A stretch of DNA of 64,000 nucleotides from Selaginella moellendorffii (taxonomy: Eukaryota > Plantae > Lycopodiophyta). Position 1 is the stretch's first letter, and each line of letters begins with the position of its first letter. Location: NCBI RefSeq assembly GCF_000143415.4, contig NW_003314320.1:796819-860818 (forward strand), in the 5' to 3' direction. The notes below the pieces were generated by a model that made no database searches, was not told the DNA's origin, and saw only the letters and a list, made by a program, of their open reading frames with translations. This document shows positions 25,910 to 39,390 of the stretch, in pieces. The position numbers were made by a program, and so were the translations under genes.

Positions 25910-26551
25910 GGTTGTGAGTGAGACTTCTTTAAATGGTTAAATGGAAAATTTAGTTGTTTATAGTACTATTATCATCCATTTACCGAGTATAAAGTAAATG
26001 ACTTAGTATTAGTCCATTTTCCCAATTTTATGGTACATAATTTGTCTAAAGGGCTTCTTGCTCAGTAGAAAAGATTGTATTAGGTGTTGTGGCAACTTAG
26101 ACTGCAAATTTATGAAACTTAGCATGACATCTAGTAGGCAAATCCTCTAGAAATTATACATGTGCAACAACTAAAACACTTAGAATCATGAACACCTAAC
26201 ACCACTTATAGATCCATCAATACCTCCTCGTGATTTTCCTACAGATCTTAACCCATCCACAAAAGAACCTTAACAGTCTTCCATCATTCCAAGAGAAGGG
26301 GATGATATAAAGTCTAAGTTTACAGTTGTGATGTTGTATATTAATATTAGCATAATGGGATTTTGATAGCTGGTGGATTGGTTTTAATCTGAACAATTTG
26401 CTTTTGTATATAAACTAGGGTTTTTGGGCTAATTAATATGCACCTTTTTGTATTCTATTTCCATATTTCATATATTTATATAACTAAATTTTAGTATTAT
26501 TTTAATGTTATATTTTAACTCAAAAGATAAAATAACTAGTTACCGTTATCA

Positions 26552-26554
<3 letters not shown>

Positions 26555-26605
<51 letters not shown>
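26555..26605. repeat. (AT)n microsatellite
   Basis: About 25 AT units read directly. Confidence 0.95.
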
Positions 26606-26609
<4 letters not shown>

Positions 26610-27137
26610 ATGTATTACTGCTCCCTATAAAAATATATGAATAAGTTATTTCTGTATATATTTGATAATTGAGCTATCATGCTTGTTGAGGGTTTTCATG
26701 ATATGGGTTGTTAAAGTTCTTTGATGTAATATTATTAGTGTAAATATGTAAAACAATATTATGAAACTTAAAATTATTTACACATAATATTGCAAAATAT
26801 AATATACTTCGAATAAGCTAGGATTGAGATGGATAGTTATATTGTGTTTTATAGTTAAAAAATTTATTTTTGCAAATATTACATAACGAATGCATTTTAA
26901 GTAAGCTGTCAATTGTCCATGTACGTGTCAGAAATATTTAAACTTGCGTCTTAGGTACAGTGAGGGCGAGGCTACAATGGCGCCGACGCATCAGGAGCTC
27001 CGATCGATGCCCTGATCCGCGAGGTACTGTAGATGGAGCGATTGCTTGAAACGTCCTAGCAGGAATTTGGGAACAGGAAATAGGGTTTACCAGTCGCTAT
27101 GCTGCGCCGCATTTGATCCTTCTTGCTCAAAAAGATA

Positions 27138-28992
27138 ATGCCAGCAGGAGAAAGCAGCGTCGCCAAGCCTACCAAGCGCGTTCCCGAGTGGCTCAATAGT
27201 CCCGCTTGGTACACCAAGCCCAGCCATGGATTCACTCCTCCTCCGGTCGAGGATGTTGTGCAAGAGAAAGAAGCCGTCGCTACTACTCCTCCGGCAGCAC
27301 AGGAGGAGATTGAAGAAGATGAGATAGTCGAAGAAAGCGCTACAAAGGACGAGCCTGGGTTTCAGGAAAATAACGATGTGAGTTCTTCGCGTTTCCAGGA
27401 GCGAGCATTTCGAAGGACGCTGTCTTTGGATGCTCGGGTGGGACTTTTCGTGGTGGAGGTAAGATTTTCTTTTGCTGTGCACGAATGTTTTCCTGACAAT
27501 CCCGTGATCTTTTCTTTCCAGCTATCACGTACTAGAATTCATCTGGCAGAACTTCAACGTCTTGCTTCTCAAGGTATTCCCGACGTTGGAGGAATTCGTG
27601 CGACTTCGTGGAAGGTATGACACACACAAGTTGGATGTACATTCTTTTTCTTATGGATTTTGACTTGCAGCTTCTTCTTGGATATCTGCCTAGGAGCCGC
27701 GATGGATGGGATGAAGAGGTCTCCAAAAAGCGTGCACAGTATGAAGCTTTCAAGCACGAGTTTCTGATAAATCCGGTGAGTTCTGAAACGCTTTTTTTTT
27801 TTTTTTTTCTTTCCTGACGATGGGAATTGTTTGGACGCGTTTAGTCAGAGGTGACGAGAAGAACTGCGGGTGATCAAAGTGGTAGTTTGAGCAGCAATAA
27901 AGGATTTTTGCCGAGACACGATGTTTCTCATGGTGATCATCCACTTAGCGTTGGAAGTACTAGCGTTTGGAACCAGTTTTTTAAGGTTTGTTTACTTCCT
28001 TTGCAATTCCAATCCAAATGGAATTTCCACTTCGCAGGACACGGAACTTTTCGAGCAGATTGATCGTGATGTTAAGCGAACTCATCCTGATATGCAGTTT
28101 TTCTGTGGTGATAACGAGCGCGCGCACGAAAACCAGGTTTGAGTGATTTTTTGTCTGTGGAAGTTTAGTGATGAGTGCAAGCAGGAAGCGTTAAAACGAG
28201 CGTTATTCATATTTGCGAAACTAAATCCTGGGATAAGATATGTCCAAGGAATGAACGAAGTGATGGCTCCACTCTACTACGTTTTCAGGACGGATCCAGA
28301 CGAATCAAATGCGGTAAGTCGTTTATTTCTGGAATTTTGTTGTTTTGTTCATACTTAAAAGCTGTTGATTTGTGGTAGTAAAGGTTCACGCGGAGCCAGA
28401 TGCGTTTTTCTGCTTTGTAGACCTCCTTAGCGATTTCAGAGATCATTTCTGTCAGCAATTGGATAACAGTGCTGTGGGAATTCGATCAACCATTAGCCAG
28501 CTTACAAACCTCTTGAAGATGCACGACGAAGAGCTCTGGAGACATCTAGAGCAAGTTTCTAAGGTTCGAAAGCTGTCCTTCAAATGTTTCCTCTTTCTCT
28601 CTGTGTGTCTCAAGCTATTAGTGCGTGGTTTTCTCACAGGTGAATCCACAGTTCTACGCGTTCCGGTGGATAACTTTGTTACTCACTCAAGAGTTTGATT
28701 TTGCCGATACTCTCCGGCTTTGGGATTCTCTTCTCAGCAATCCCGACGGGCCACTGGTAAGTGGTGCTCTCGATTTTTTTTTTCTTCCTCGCTTTCACCT
28801 TGTTTTAACGCCTCGCTCGTAAATCCTTTCCAGGAAATCTTGCTGAGAGTTTGCTGTGCGATGCTACTGTCCGTGAGGAATCGACTCCTCGCGGGCGATT
28901 TCACTTCCAACTTGAAGCTCTTGCAACACTTTCCTCGCGTGGACATCCACTTGTTACTTAAAGCTGCCGAGGAGCTCAAGTCCTCCCAATAA
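27138..28992 (+). CDS. TBC/Rab-GAP domain protein (TBC1D13-like), multi-exon
   Basis: WKLLLGYLP, QIDRDVKRTHPD, FAKLNPGIRYVQGMNEV, FRWITLLLTQEF, LRLWDSLLS across GT-AG exons. Start codon tentative. Confidence 0.9.
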
Positions 28993-29279
28993 CTTCACTT
29001 CTATCCACCTATTCTTCTCGCTTGGATTATCTTCCATTCCATTCCCTTGGGTATAATTTGTAGATACAATCTTCGATTTCGTGAACTATAATATTTGTAT
29101 CTCATCAATGTTTCGATTACTGCGGAAGAATGGGAAATTTTCTTGTAGCTCCCAAAAGACGTGGCTAGCAACATCTCTATCCGTACCGCACGGCAAGGCC
29201 ACTACTACGTGCCGTACAGTGATTTCATACGGATTTAGGGCGCCTTTGCCAATCTTCGTGTTCTTGGCGGCAACAGAAA

Positions 29280-31641
29280 ATGGCGGGCGATTCTTCGCTG
29301 GAGGTCGAAGAAATGCCTGTCGCTGCCACTGCCGCCGCCGCTCCTCCTCCTCCTCCTCCTCCTCCAAATCAAAATCCTCCATCCAGCGGCGCCGGTGGCA
29401 GCCCCTGCTTCGACATCTCTGAGTTCTTGGGGACGCCGGGCCGCAAGGATGGATCCTCCTCGGGCGGCGGCAGCAATGCCGGCGGCAACACCGACGAAGT
29501 CTTCTCCAATCTCTCAGGCTTGAATCTTTCCCCCTACATGCTGGCCCCGGCGATCCCGATCGCGTGTTGCAAGTCGGAGAGCGTGGATTCTCACCTCCAC
29601 GACGCGGATTTCAGTGCCCTGCTGCTCTATCGGGCCCATAATCCGCACCATCGGGCCGGATCCGTGGCTGGATCGGGAGGAGGAGGAGGAGGATTATCGA
29701 CGGCTGGAGCACAGGGCAATGGCGGCAATTGCCGGAGTCACAGCGGCAGCGGCGGTGGGGGCGGCGGCAGGGATTTTGGATTCGACGACATGGAGGCGCC
29801 ATTCGGTCTCTTTGGATCTTGCTCGTCGATGGATCCATCCGACACCGCGGGAGCACTGGTAAATCATTCTATCGTTTCATCACCCTTCCCACCCGGAGAG
29901 GCTAGGTCGTGTTCTTCCTTCCCCATGTTTGGGCAGCATGGCTCTTTCTTGGCAGGCGATCACTGCTGTGGTGTTGGTGAGGACCTTCACGGGTCTTCCC
30001 TGGCCGCCGCCATGGGCGACGTTGTTGTGGGTGGTGGAGGACACCACAACTCTTTCGCGGGCAGCAATGCTTGCGACCACTGGGGTGTGCTGTGCGATGG
30101 AGGCGCAGCACATCACCACAGTGTCCACCACCACCACTCCACCACCTCTTCTAACACACCACCATCTTTGCAGCAGCACAGCACTTCTTTGCAGTGTGAC
30201 TCCTGCCAAATTCTACGCTGCATCATCCATTCCAATGGTGCTTAGCTTCACACCTCTTTTGTCCATTGCTTCTCTGTCTGGTTTTACTTTTTGATCATCT
30301 TTCCTGTGCTTTGCAGTGCAGTGTTATTGCGTACTTGTTCTGTGTGTTCGTGTGTGTGTGTGTGTGTCATCAGGTGGCTGGCTGGCCTAGAGAGTTGAGG
30401 GTGGTCTCTTCAATTTTTTTCTCTCTGTGGTGGATGGAGTGAGTGCATATTTTGTGTGCTCAGCTCATATGGATCCATGTCCTTCCTCCGTTTTCTTTGT
30501 TGCCTCCCTCTTTCATACGAGACGCGCAGGTATTTAGCCGCGCAGAGCTCACAAAAGTGTTGCAGTGGCAGTAATTTTTTCTAACAAGGATTTTGGGCCC
30601 CAGGGGTTCAAGACACAAAGCTTGAGATTCATGGTTGTGATAATATAAGCTACCATGCAGTGTTGCACACGAGGTTTTGTATCGACGATGGATTCCCAAC
30701 GGCTTTGGAGCAACAGATGGTCGAGTAAGCCTCGGTGAAACTGTCTAGTTGTCCTTCGCTTCTTTCTTTTCTAATTCTATTGCTTTCTCCATTTTTCCGA
30801 GCTTCTAAAGAATGGTGGCTTTTGATTGTTCCAGGTTTCCAGTGGGAAACGCCGAGTACGTGAGACAGTTTCTGCTTCAATATAGTCTTCTTCGTAGAAA
30901 GGAAGGGTTTGTTCTCCGGCACGACTCTTTGTCTGCTGGAGTTGATCAAGGATCAGGATTTAGTTTTGTCCCAGAACGTGGCTACAACGTATCTGGTGCA
31001 TTTCTCTCCAAACAAATCGGTACGCTTTTCGCGAAACTTTACGTTTCCAGTAGTAGTTAATGAAGTGCTTTAAACCAGGAGCCGACTTCTCGAGCAACGG
31101 CGCGTATTCCAAGCCTGGACAGGCTAAACTACTCCAGAGCGGCTCTACTGATGGCACCGACCAGGGAGAACCATCAGCGGCGCCTGCCAAGCCACCAAAG
31201 AGCAACGCTGCAGCCCAGGTTCTTTCCCTTGTAGTTTAGTTTAACTTCTCACACTCAGCGGTGGACTTTCGCTGGCACCAGAGAGAGCGAACAGGGAAGC
31301 TCAAAATGTCCGACTTGGCACAACACTTCCACCTGCCTATCAATGCCGCGGCCAAAGAGCTGGGGATTTGCCCCACAGTCTTGAAAAAGATTTGCAGAAG
31401 GAATGGAATGAGGAGATGGCCACACCGCAAGGTGAGTGACGTGATTACTTCCTCGCGGTGGCAGCATTGGTTTTAAAGGTCTCTTGTTGCGCAGATAAAG
31501 AGCATAGAGCGTATAATCGCGACTTTGGAGCAAACGATTGCGGAAGGCGCGGGGCAAGGCGACGAAGGCATCCGGATGGAGATTGCGATGTTGAGAAACG
31601 AGAGAGCGCAGCTGTGTGCGGGGCTCTTGGGGCAGAATTGA
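29280..31641 (+). CDS. RWP-RK transcription factor (RKD-type, RKD5-like N-terminal CDSCQILR..HSNG/KLEIHG region), multi-exon
   Basis: RWP-RK domain FHLPINAAAKELGICPTVLKKICRRNGMRRWPHRK|IKSIE at 31320-31520. Upstream exons carry CDSCQILRCIIHSNG and KLEIHG...HAVL. Confidence 0.88.
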
Positions 31642-31954
31642 AAAGAGGTGGAGAGCGGGGGGAGAATTGCTGAGCACCTCCTCCTTCGCGTCAAGTGTAT
31701 ATATACTTTGGCTGCTGCGGCGATCGATGCTTGTTTGTTACCATTCTTTGATTCATTCGTCATTGTACATTCGTGTTTTGTAAAAAGAAAGAGAGAATTT
31801 CTAGTGCTTTTAAAGCAAACCCAAATCACAGATTTTTATTTTTATTTTCATGGCAAAAAGAAGGGTTAAAAGGATGTCAAGGCACCTTTCTAATTTATGT
31901 ATAAATATGGAGTTAATGCGCTAGGAAATTTCAAGCCCTAAAAAGCATGCAACA

Positions 31955-32317
31955 GGTACGGCTTTCTGTCCAACTTCTACAGATCTCCCATCGCGCTCGA
32001 CGGCAAGGTGTGGCCGACAAGAGAGCACTACTTCCAGGCGATGAAGTCGTTTCCGGACGAGGTGAACATGGAGAAGGTGCGATGCGCAAGGTCGCTCACG
32101 GGGTGGCAGGACGCTGCCGCTGAGGAAGGATTGCGTGATGCGGACTGCCCTGCGTGCCAAGTTTGAGCAGCACGCCGATCTGCGGGCTCGCATGGTGGCT
32201 ACAAAGGGCAAGGCGCTTGTGGAACACACCAAGAATGACAAGTACTGGGCTGACAGCGGGAAGAATATGCTGGGCAAGCTCCTCGTGGAGCTCCGGGACT
32301 CGGACATTGTTGTTTAG
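31955..32317 (+). pseudogene. NADAR/YbiA-family N-glycosidase remnant (frameshift ~32100, internal deletions)
   Basis: YGFLSNFY...DGKVWPTREHYFQAMK in one frame, then MRTALRAKFEQH...LVEHTKNDKYW..GKNMLGKLLVELR in another. Confidence 0.8.
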
Positions 32318-32759
32318 TTAAACTCCTCTGTAAAGCTGGGCCGTGCCTCGGCTCCTTCCAGAACAGAGCATTTGATCCCTGTACGACTACATCTCTGAGA
32401 AAATCGCAAACTGGAGCGGTCATGGACTCCAATCTGTATAGAGGAAACCCTTGAACATTGCAGTGTTGTGTTGATTCCACATGCGTTGGAATATACATGA
32501 TACAATGATGTGGTTGATTTGATTTAATCTGCTTATCACGGTAATAGTCAACCTTTTGCCTTGAATATTTAAACGTTATGGACATGGCCATCAACGTTTG
32601 TGATTTGTGGCACCTATCTCAAATCAAGCGCGATGAAAAGGCAGCCCCTTCCATGCTTATGCGAAAGAACCGAATGAAGAAATTACATGATTGTTCGCCT
32701 TTGAAAACAAAAGGACGATAAGATTGTAGTTGCTGAGAATTAGAAGTCAAGGATTGCTC

Positions 32760-35700
32760 CTAGAGTGCCTCTGGAATTTTGGGAGACCTTTTAGCCTTTT
32801 TAGGAGGCTTTGGATGCTTTGGCCTCTTGATAGCCTTGCAGTGCTTGGGTTTCTTCTCATGTTTGTTTGCCTCTTCAAATCGATGACAGCTCCACTCCGG
32901 CGCATGCTTGTCTGCTTCAAAATCACTAGTGAGCATGGATTGGAATTCAAAAGTGAAAGAGCATACCGGCAGAGACTGGCTGCGTTGTCCAATGGTTCGC
33001 GCAATTTGTAAATGTGGAGGAGAGTAGAACCATCACCAACAACAAAACAGCATATCCCATGTCGAGAAGAAGCCCCGATTGAGAAACTTGAAAAGTTTCT
33101 AATATACAGTAGAGCCTACCATCATAAACCAGTCAGAAATCCAATAAACAAAAAACTTTCGATGCGTACCGATTGATTGGCCATAAGCACGGAATTGAGC
33201 TTCTCTGTTTGCTCTAGCAACCTGTCGTGGGCTTTCATTTGATGAGGTAGAGGTTGTCAATCTGGCTTTCGTAAATCCAGCCTGAGCCTGGAGCCATAGT
33301 TTATTCACAAAAAAGAATTATAAAAAAAACGAAAGTAAAAGAGAAAGCTTACCAGGCGTTCCTGCCACCTTCTGCGAAGTGATAATTGCATCTGGGTTTC
33401 ATCGTTGACTGCTAGTGCGCCTGTCTCTTTGTCGCTTGCAAGTGACACTGTTACCGAATTCAGGTCCGAGTTTCCAAGAGCCGCAGAAAAAGTTTGATCC
33501 TCAACAGCCGAATTGATGGAGAAAAGAGGTAATGCTGCCGAAGTATACAATGTTTAGTAATCAACACAAAAGAAGCTTACCTTTGGCTTGAAAAGCGTTC
33601 TGTAAGACGTCAACAACGGCTAGCTTCCTCCGCTTATGCACTGGAGCAGCATTGTCTGCACTGATCCTGCAAGCTTTCTCCAAAGCCGCCATCGCTTGTA
33701 TGGCCTTATTCCTTTCGAGGTTTGCACTCGTTTTGATGTCTGGTTTGAACAAGTCCAGCTGTGATATAGAGGACGAGAGGTTCTCAGTTTGCGCAGCCAG
33801 CACTAAAGGATGCCTTTCGCTTAGCAAATCCATACGAAGAGTCGGGCCATGTGCTCGCGAGCCTGTCATAAAGCTTAAAAAGCGAAGCAAGCCAGAGAAA
33901 CAGATAGACGTACCATCTGCTCTGAGTCGAACCCAAACCGTGTCCATGAGTTTATATTCTCTGTCACACCGTCCATCTGTAACATCCTGAAAGTTCTAAA
34001 AAAGTCAGAAGAGGAACACATCGGATACAAATAATTTACAGTAATTTTTATGCTTGTCTTCTGTTTGATTAGGCGATATTGTTTCTCTGACGTCTCAGAA
34101 TGCATTTCAGGTAATATAACTCGCCCATTTTTATCCTGTTGAAGAAATAAGCAGTAATTTGAGAGAGAAAAAAAACGACTTACCTCCAGAAGCACGAGAC
34201 CACGGAGATCGTATTTGGGTACGAACACCATAATACCCTTCGTTGTGACACCGATGACCTGATAGTTCCAAAAGTTAAGCTTATGCATTCGGTTTTTGTT
34301 TCTGCGTACCACAGCAAGCTCTGCTTTGGCTTGTTTCTGGAGAAACATCAGTAAATAGAGCTCATTGCATTCCTTCTGAGCCCGCTTACTGGTTCTGTGC
34401 TTTTCATTCACGTGTTCCGCGACCTTCAACAAAAACTTAATTCAACCATCACAGAAATTCCAGTTTTTACCTCCTGAAGCTCAATAGAACTCATTATATG
34501 TGGAACTTTGACAATGCCAGACTCTAGGTTTTGCTCCTGGCACGCTGCTATAAGCATCCGGTGCGCAAGGATGTCAGCATAGCGCCGTATTGGTGACGTG
34601 AAGTGTGTATAAAACCTGAGGTTGTGTTAAACATGTCCAAGGTAGCTTGATACTTACTCTAGCGCTAATCCATAATGATAGAAATGAGAAGGCTCTAGAT
34701 CCTCGCCAGTAGAGAAATATTCTGCCTACACGAGGAAACTATAACATAAAATGTGATCAATGTTTTCGTTACATTTTTTACCTCTGACATTGCACGCGTA
34801 ACAAGAGCTCTGAAGGCACGCTATTTGTGTGTAAAACCCACAGTTAGATAAGTTCACCCCCTAAACTGCCAATGTACCTCAACAACAAAATCGCCACTAT
34901 CGCGCATACGGTCCAAAGAAGCTGCAAGTTGCTGTAGCATGGGAGTAAGTGCTAGTAAAATATCGTGAATATTCTTGCCTTGTTGCTTGAAACGTCCAAA
35001 ACAAATCCTCGCGCTTCACAGCACTGCAATGAACAAAGATCCGATATAGGAAGAAAAAAAAAAGCACTCTGGCTAACCTCTAGCAACGTTGTGAAGCTAT
35101 CAATCTTTGGTGGAGAATGTTTCCGAAGAAGTGCGCAACTGGGAAATGCTCTGCATGAAGTACACTTTAAAAACAGATCTAGAATTTCACTAAGCTTACC
35201 GGTAGATCTTCTCACCAACACAAGCATTGGCATAAATCATCATCTCCGCAACTATCCAATTCATCTGATAATAAACTGATCAAATGACGATAATGGCGGA
35301 AAAACCAAAAACTCACAGGTAGCTCAACTTTCGTTTCCACTTGCACAGGCTCTCTTCTCTCATCAATTTCGAACTTTAGTTCCGTACTGGCTAATTCCAA
35401 AGCACCATTGAGCCGCCTAAATAAGCGTCTGCTCTGAAATGTAATGTCAACTAGGAAGTTGGAGGCAATTACCATGTTAGCTTACCTGAGCAAAAGTACC
35501 AAGCAGAAGGAGGTCACTTTGTAACTGGGACAGATCATTGGAGCCGCTCTTAATTTCCCAGCCGGGAAGTAAACGTTTTCCCTCCATAATAGTTTCAGCT
35601 TGAGCATAGAAGAGCTGAAAGCGAGGAACAGTGTCAACACATAAAGAATACCTGAAATTTCACACCTGGTATCGAGAACGTATTATCGTTCTTCCAAACC

Positions 35701-38228
35701 ATGTTTTGACAACTTCAAAATTGTTTTGGCGGTCCAATGTCCATATTACACTTACAGCCAGCCTATCTTTTCCTCCAACTAACGAGCAGAGATTTTCACT
35801 GTAACAGATCAAACTTTCAGGGAGATAAGAAAAATTATCAAAGCTACCTTAAAACTGAAGGAAGCATATGCCAGCTTTTTCCAACCATATAGACAGTGGT
35901 TCCGCGAGATCTAGCCTCGAGGTCTAGAAGACTTCCTTGCTTCACAAAGTATGAAACGTCAGCTATATGGACTCCTATCTGGAATAAACGAAAGGATTAT
36001 GCACGTATTCCAAGTAGTGACGGATGGATACCTCGACCATGCCATTCTCCAGATCACTCACTGACAGGACATCATCCACATCCTTGCTTCCAGGAGGATC
36101 AATGCTGAGAAGAAAAGAAGAAGTGACACAAGTCAGCCTGAATGCCTGGTACCTGCAGCTACGATGAGAAAACCGGATATCTCTCCGAACGGCAAATTCT
36201 TCTTCTGGTATACTCCACGGGTTATCCAACGAATCCTCAGGAAGTTCCTGCAGCGATCTGATGCTGCGATGAGTAGGAAATAAGAAAAGAGGAGACCTTA
36301 CAAATTGCTAAATGGAGCTACCGAGATTCCATTTTCCACCAGTATAGCGTTCAGTTCGGCATTCAAATCGCCGATAGGACCCAGAGATCGCACAACATGG
36401 CCCCTTGGAAATCTCGAGTCAAGTTCCCAGTTATCTATACGCAATATAAATCTTTGATTGGATAGACGTAGTCCTTGGCGAGTGCTAACCTCGACCAGAG
36501 GAATGCGCTTGTCCATTGGTACGCACAATAAGCGTTCCTGCCTGCACTTTTGTAACATATACACACTTAGTTTCCATAAAAAAGGCTTACCTCGAAGCGG
36601 TTAGAAAAGCTTCATCTTCTTCCAAGAGACAAGCGACGTAGTCTCGTTGGTTCCTTTGTAATATGCCAACGACCTCTCCAGAAATAAGAGCATCATCAGA
36701 TAAATGTCTGCTACCTTCCTCGTCGTCCAGCACATCTTCATTGAGTATGTCTTCGTTTTCATTTTCCGTGAGTCTTAGCTTGCAAGTTTTTACCTGTGGC
36801 ATAAGAAGATTAAGACACACTAATGGAGGATAAACATACACTTACTACGACTGTATCCCCATGTATCGCCCTGTTTTGGAGTACTCGACCAGCAACAACA
36901 ATTTCCAGCCGCGATGCCTCCCCTTTATTACTGCACATGATACTCCATGAGACTGGTCATCAAGTTAGTCTAGAGAATCTACCTAGGACGAACCAATGCT
37001 TCTGATGGTGCGTGACGATTAACAAAGAAGACACCCACCCTCAAGTCCCCTCTCGAGATTCCAGCCTCCAACGAAATTGCTGTTCAGCAAGAGACATACT
37101 TGTAAAGCCATCAGATAAAAGAACATGACTTACTTGATAGATGCTCTTTGTACAATCCCTTGCCTCCTCCGGACGGTGGCATTCTGCCATCACTAAGTTT
37201 GGCTTTCACTTCAACTGCTTCTATTATTGTGGCAGACTGTAATTGAAAAAAAACAGAGAAAGAAAATGATCGAGAACGGCCAAACAAAGAGAACTCACCA
37301 GCGATGTGAAGAGGTCAGCCACAGAAGAATCGTGATTCCAATACTTTGAAAAATATGTACCGGCTTCGAGAACCTGTAAATCAGAAAATTACTCGCCAGC
37401 TTTCGCGTAACTATCAGCTCACTTCAACAGTTGTGCGAGAGTCGGTTAAATTTCTACCGGAATCCGTGGACGTCAAACCAGTTAGCAGCACCACCGGAAC
37501 ACCTCCGTTGATGTGATTGGCAAACCATACTGTGACTTCTTTCAGATAATTCGAAGAAGCCGTTTCGCAGCGTGATAGACAAGTATATATGCAATGCTGA
37601 TCGTCAAACACAATGTTGCATCGCCTGTGGTCAGTAAAGATCGATCTGAACAGATTATGTAGCTTTAAGAACATCCTCGAGAAACCAAAAACGATAAATT
37701 TACCGCAGCCTTCGCCAGCTTCGTTGGCCTAAGTTTTCTTGCACCTTCAATGCATGACACATAAATGGTCTCATGAACAAAGCCATTCCCGAAAAGGAAG
37801 CAGAAAAAACGCACCTCTTTCAGAACGGACGTAAGAAATATCACAGCAGAGAATTGCGGAAGCTCCAATATCTCCCAGAATTGGAGAACAGCATCAGCAT
37901 TTGGAAGCTAGAGCAGAAATCCAAGGAATTAATCAAACAATGTAGAAAGAAGAAGGAGGAGGAGCTCGCTTCAGTATTACCAGGTAATGCGATGCGTCGG
38001 GAGGTAAACGAGGCAAATGCGAAGCACACGAGGAACATAGAGGACTGCCGCAGGGAATATCATCCCGCAAATAAATCTCCTCCGCCACGATCGAGATCGC
38101 TTTGGATCGCCTCTTGAACTTGCAGCGGCGATCCGCCTGAGCAGCGCCAAGGCATTTAGGATGAGGATCGATCGATCAGCGGCAGTGGACTCACCTTGCG
38201 CGCTACCCACACCGCCATGGCGACTCAT
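32760..38228 (-). CDS. RRP44/DIS3-like 3'-5' exoribonuclease (PIN-like N-terminus, cold-shock domains, RNB, S1), many short introns
   Basis: [75 protein letters not shown]. Both ends approximate. Confidence 0.85.
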
Positions 38229-38257
38229 AAACCCTAGAGAAATTTAAATTTTATTTA

Positions 38258-39119
38258 TCATTGTTGGAAGGGAGAGTTATCAAAATCGCTGGCCGAGAAA
38301 GGCTTGGCACTGGGCTTTAGAAACTCGGGTCCATTGTCATGGATGTTCTTGCAAAGCGAGTTATACTCGTGGAGCGTGGTTTCCAGGATTTGCTTCATAT
38401 CTTTGACATCGCTACGAAGCTTTCCAACTGATGAAAATGAAAATAAAGAGACCAAAGATTGAAAGGAGGTAAGCAAACCTTGATCGAGATGCGAAGCAGT
38501 AGTTCTCATCACCGAGGCCGAATGTCCCAAGCGCTGGAACAATTTGAGAGCTAATTCCTCCACTGCCTCGATCCTGTATCCCAGATCTTCCTGTTGATCG
38601 CATCCATCACGAAAACTTAGCAGCCTTCTTTCCTTCACGAGAATTGAAAGGCTCGGACCTGGCGCTTGCAAAGCTTTGTGGCATTTTCCTTTTGCCACTC
38701 GTGGTACAACGAAAAGAGCTCGGCAGTCGCGGTGGCGTCCAGAGACACTACAAGAAACGTAAACAGTAACTTAAACCAGGATAGAGGATAGACCAAGTCT
38801 CTATGGTGTTTGCTCACGATTCTCAACCGAGGTTTGGCTGGGACTAGACTGGCCGAGGAGAATCTCCTTGAGTCCGCTCTCTGGCGAGGAATGGCCCGGG
38901 AGCAACGCTCCAGCCTGACTTCATCGGAAGCAAATTCCAATTTGAAATGGACAAAGCTTACAACTTTGAGCGAGTGAAGCGCCTTCAAATTTGGATCCAC
39001 GCCACCGCCCTTGCTCTCGGAGATTGTTGTGATCTCATCCTGGGCGGTAGAAAATAGAAAAGAAAACTCAAAGCGACAAACCGAAGCACCTTAAGCGACC
39101 TGGACTCCGTCGCCCCCAT
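38258..39119 (-). CDS. BORCS5-like (BLOC-1-related complex subunit 5) coiled-coil protein, multi-exon
   Basis: N-myristoylation-type start MGATES, DEITTISE..GVDPNLKALHSLK, then coiled-coil ELFSLYHEWQ...RIEAVEELALKLFQRLGHS. Family assigned from recall of plant homologs. Confidence 0.6.
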
Positions 39120-39390
39120 TGCAAACCCTAGAGAATTTTCGCATTCAAAAACACAAACAAGTTGTTGGATTCATTATATTGGCTTTGATTATACTACTTG
39201 CTAATTGTTTGAAGGCCAAATTCCTGACTTTCAACACGTTTGCAGGCTTCAACCAGATATAAAAATCAACCAAAAAAAAAAAAAGAGCAAGTGGACAGCC
39301 TTCACTTTGCTTTGTCCTAGTATATAACTGAGAGGATGCATTGGTGGTATCAACAGAACATTTTTCCCCTTTCCTTTTCGAGCTTCGCCA

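Larger units (their letters stand above)
22603..25962. mobile_element. Degenerate long LTR related to the 18150-19698 solo LTR (opposite orientation), with extra internal segments
   Basis: The start aligns with the reverse complement of 19698-19480. 24480-25090 and 25910-25962 align with the reverse complement of 18800-18150. Boundaries approximate. Confidence 0.65.
16479..26480 (+). mobile_element. Old Ty3/gypsy LTR retrotransposon (LTRs ~16479-16653 and ~26306-26480) hosting nested insertions
   Basis: Diverged ~175-bp direct repeats (ctaggtttttgggttaattaatatgcac / ctagggtttttgggctaattaatatgcac), PBS-like TGGTGG after the 5' LTR, PPT aagagaagggg at ~26291. Degenerate gag (~17050-17350), RT (~17500-18000, 20160-20520), RNase H (LHVDAFHIGFGSVL) and integrase (ILSDNGPTF) occur in gypsy order. 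Confidence 0.8.
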
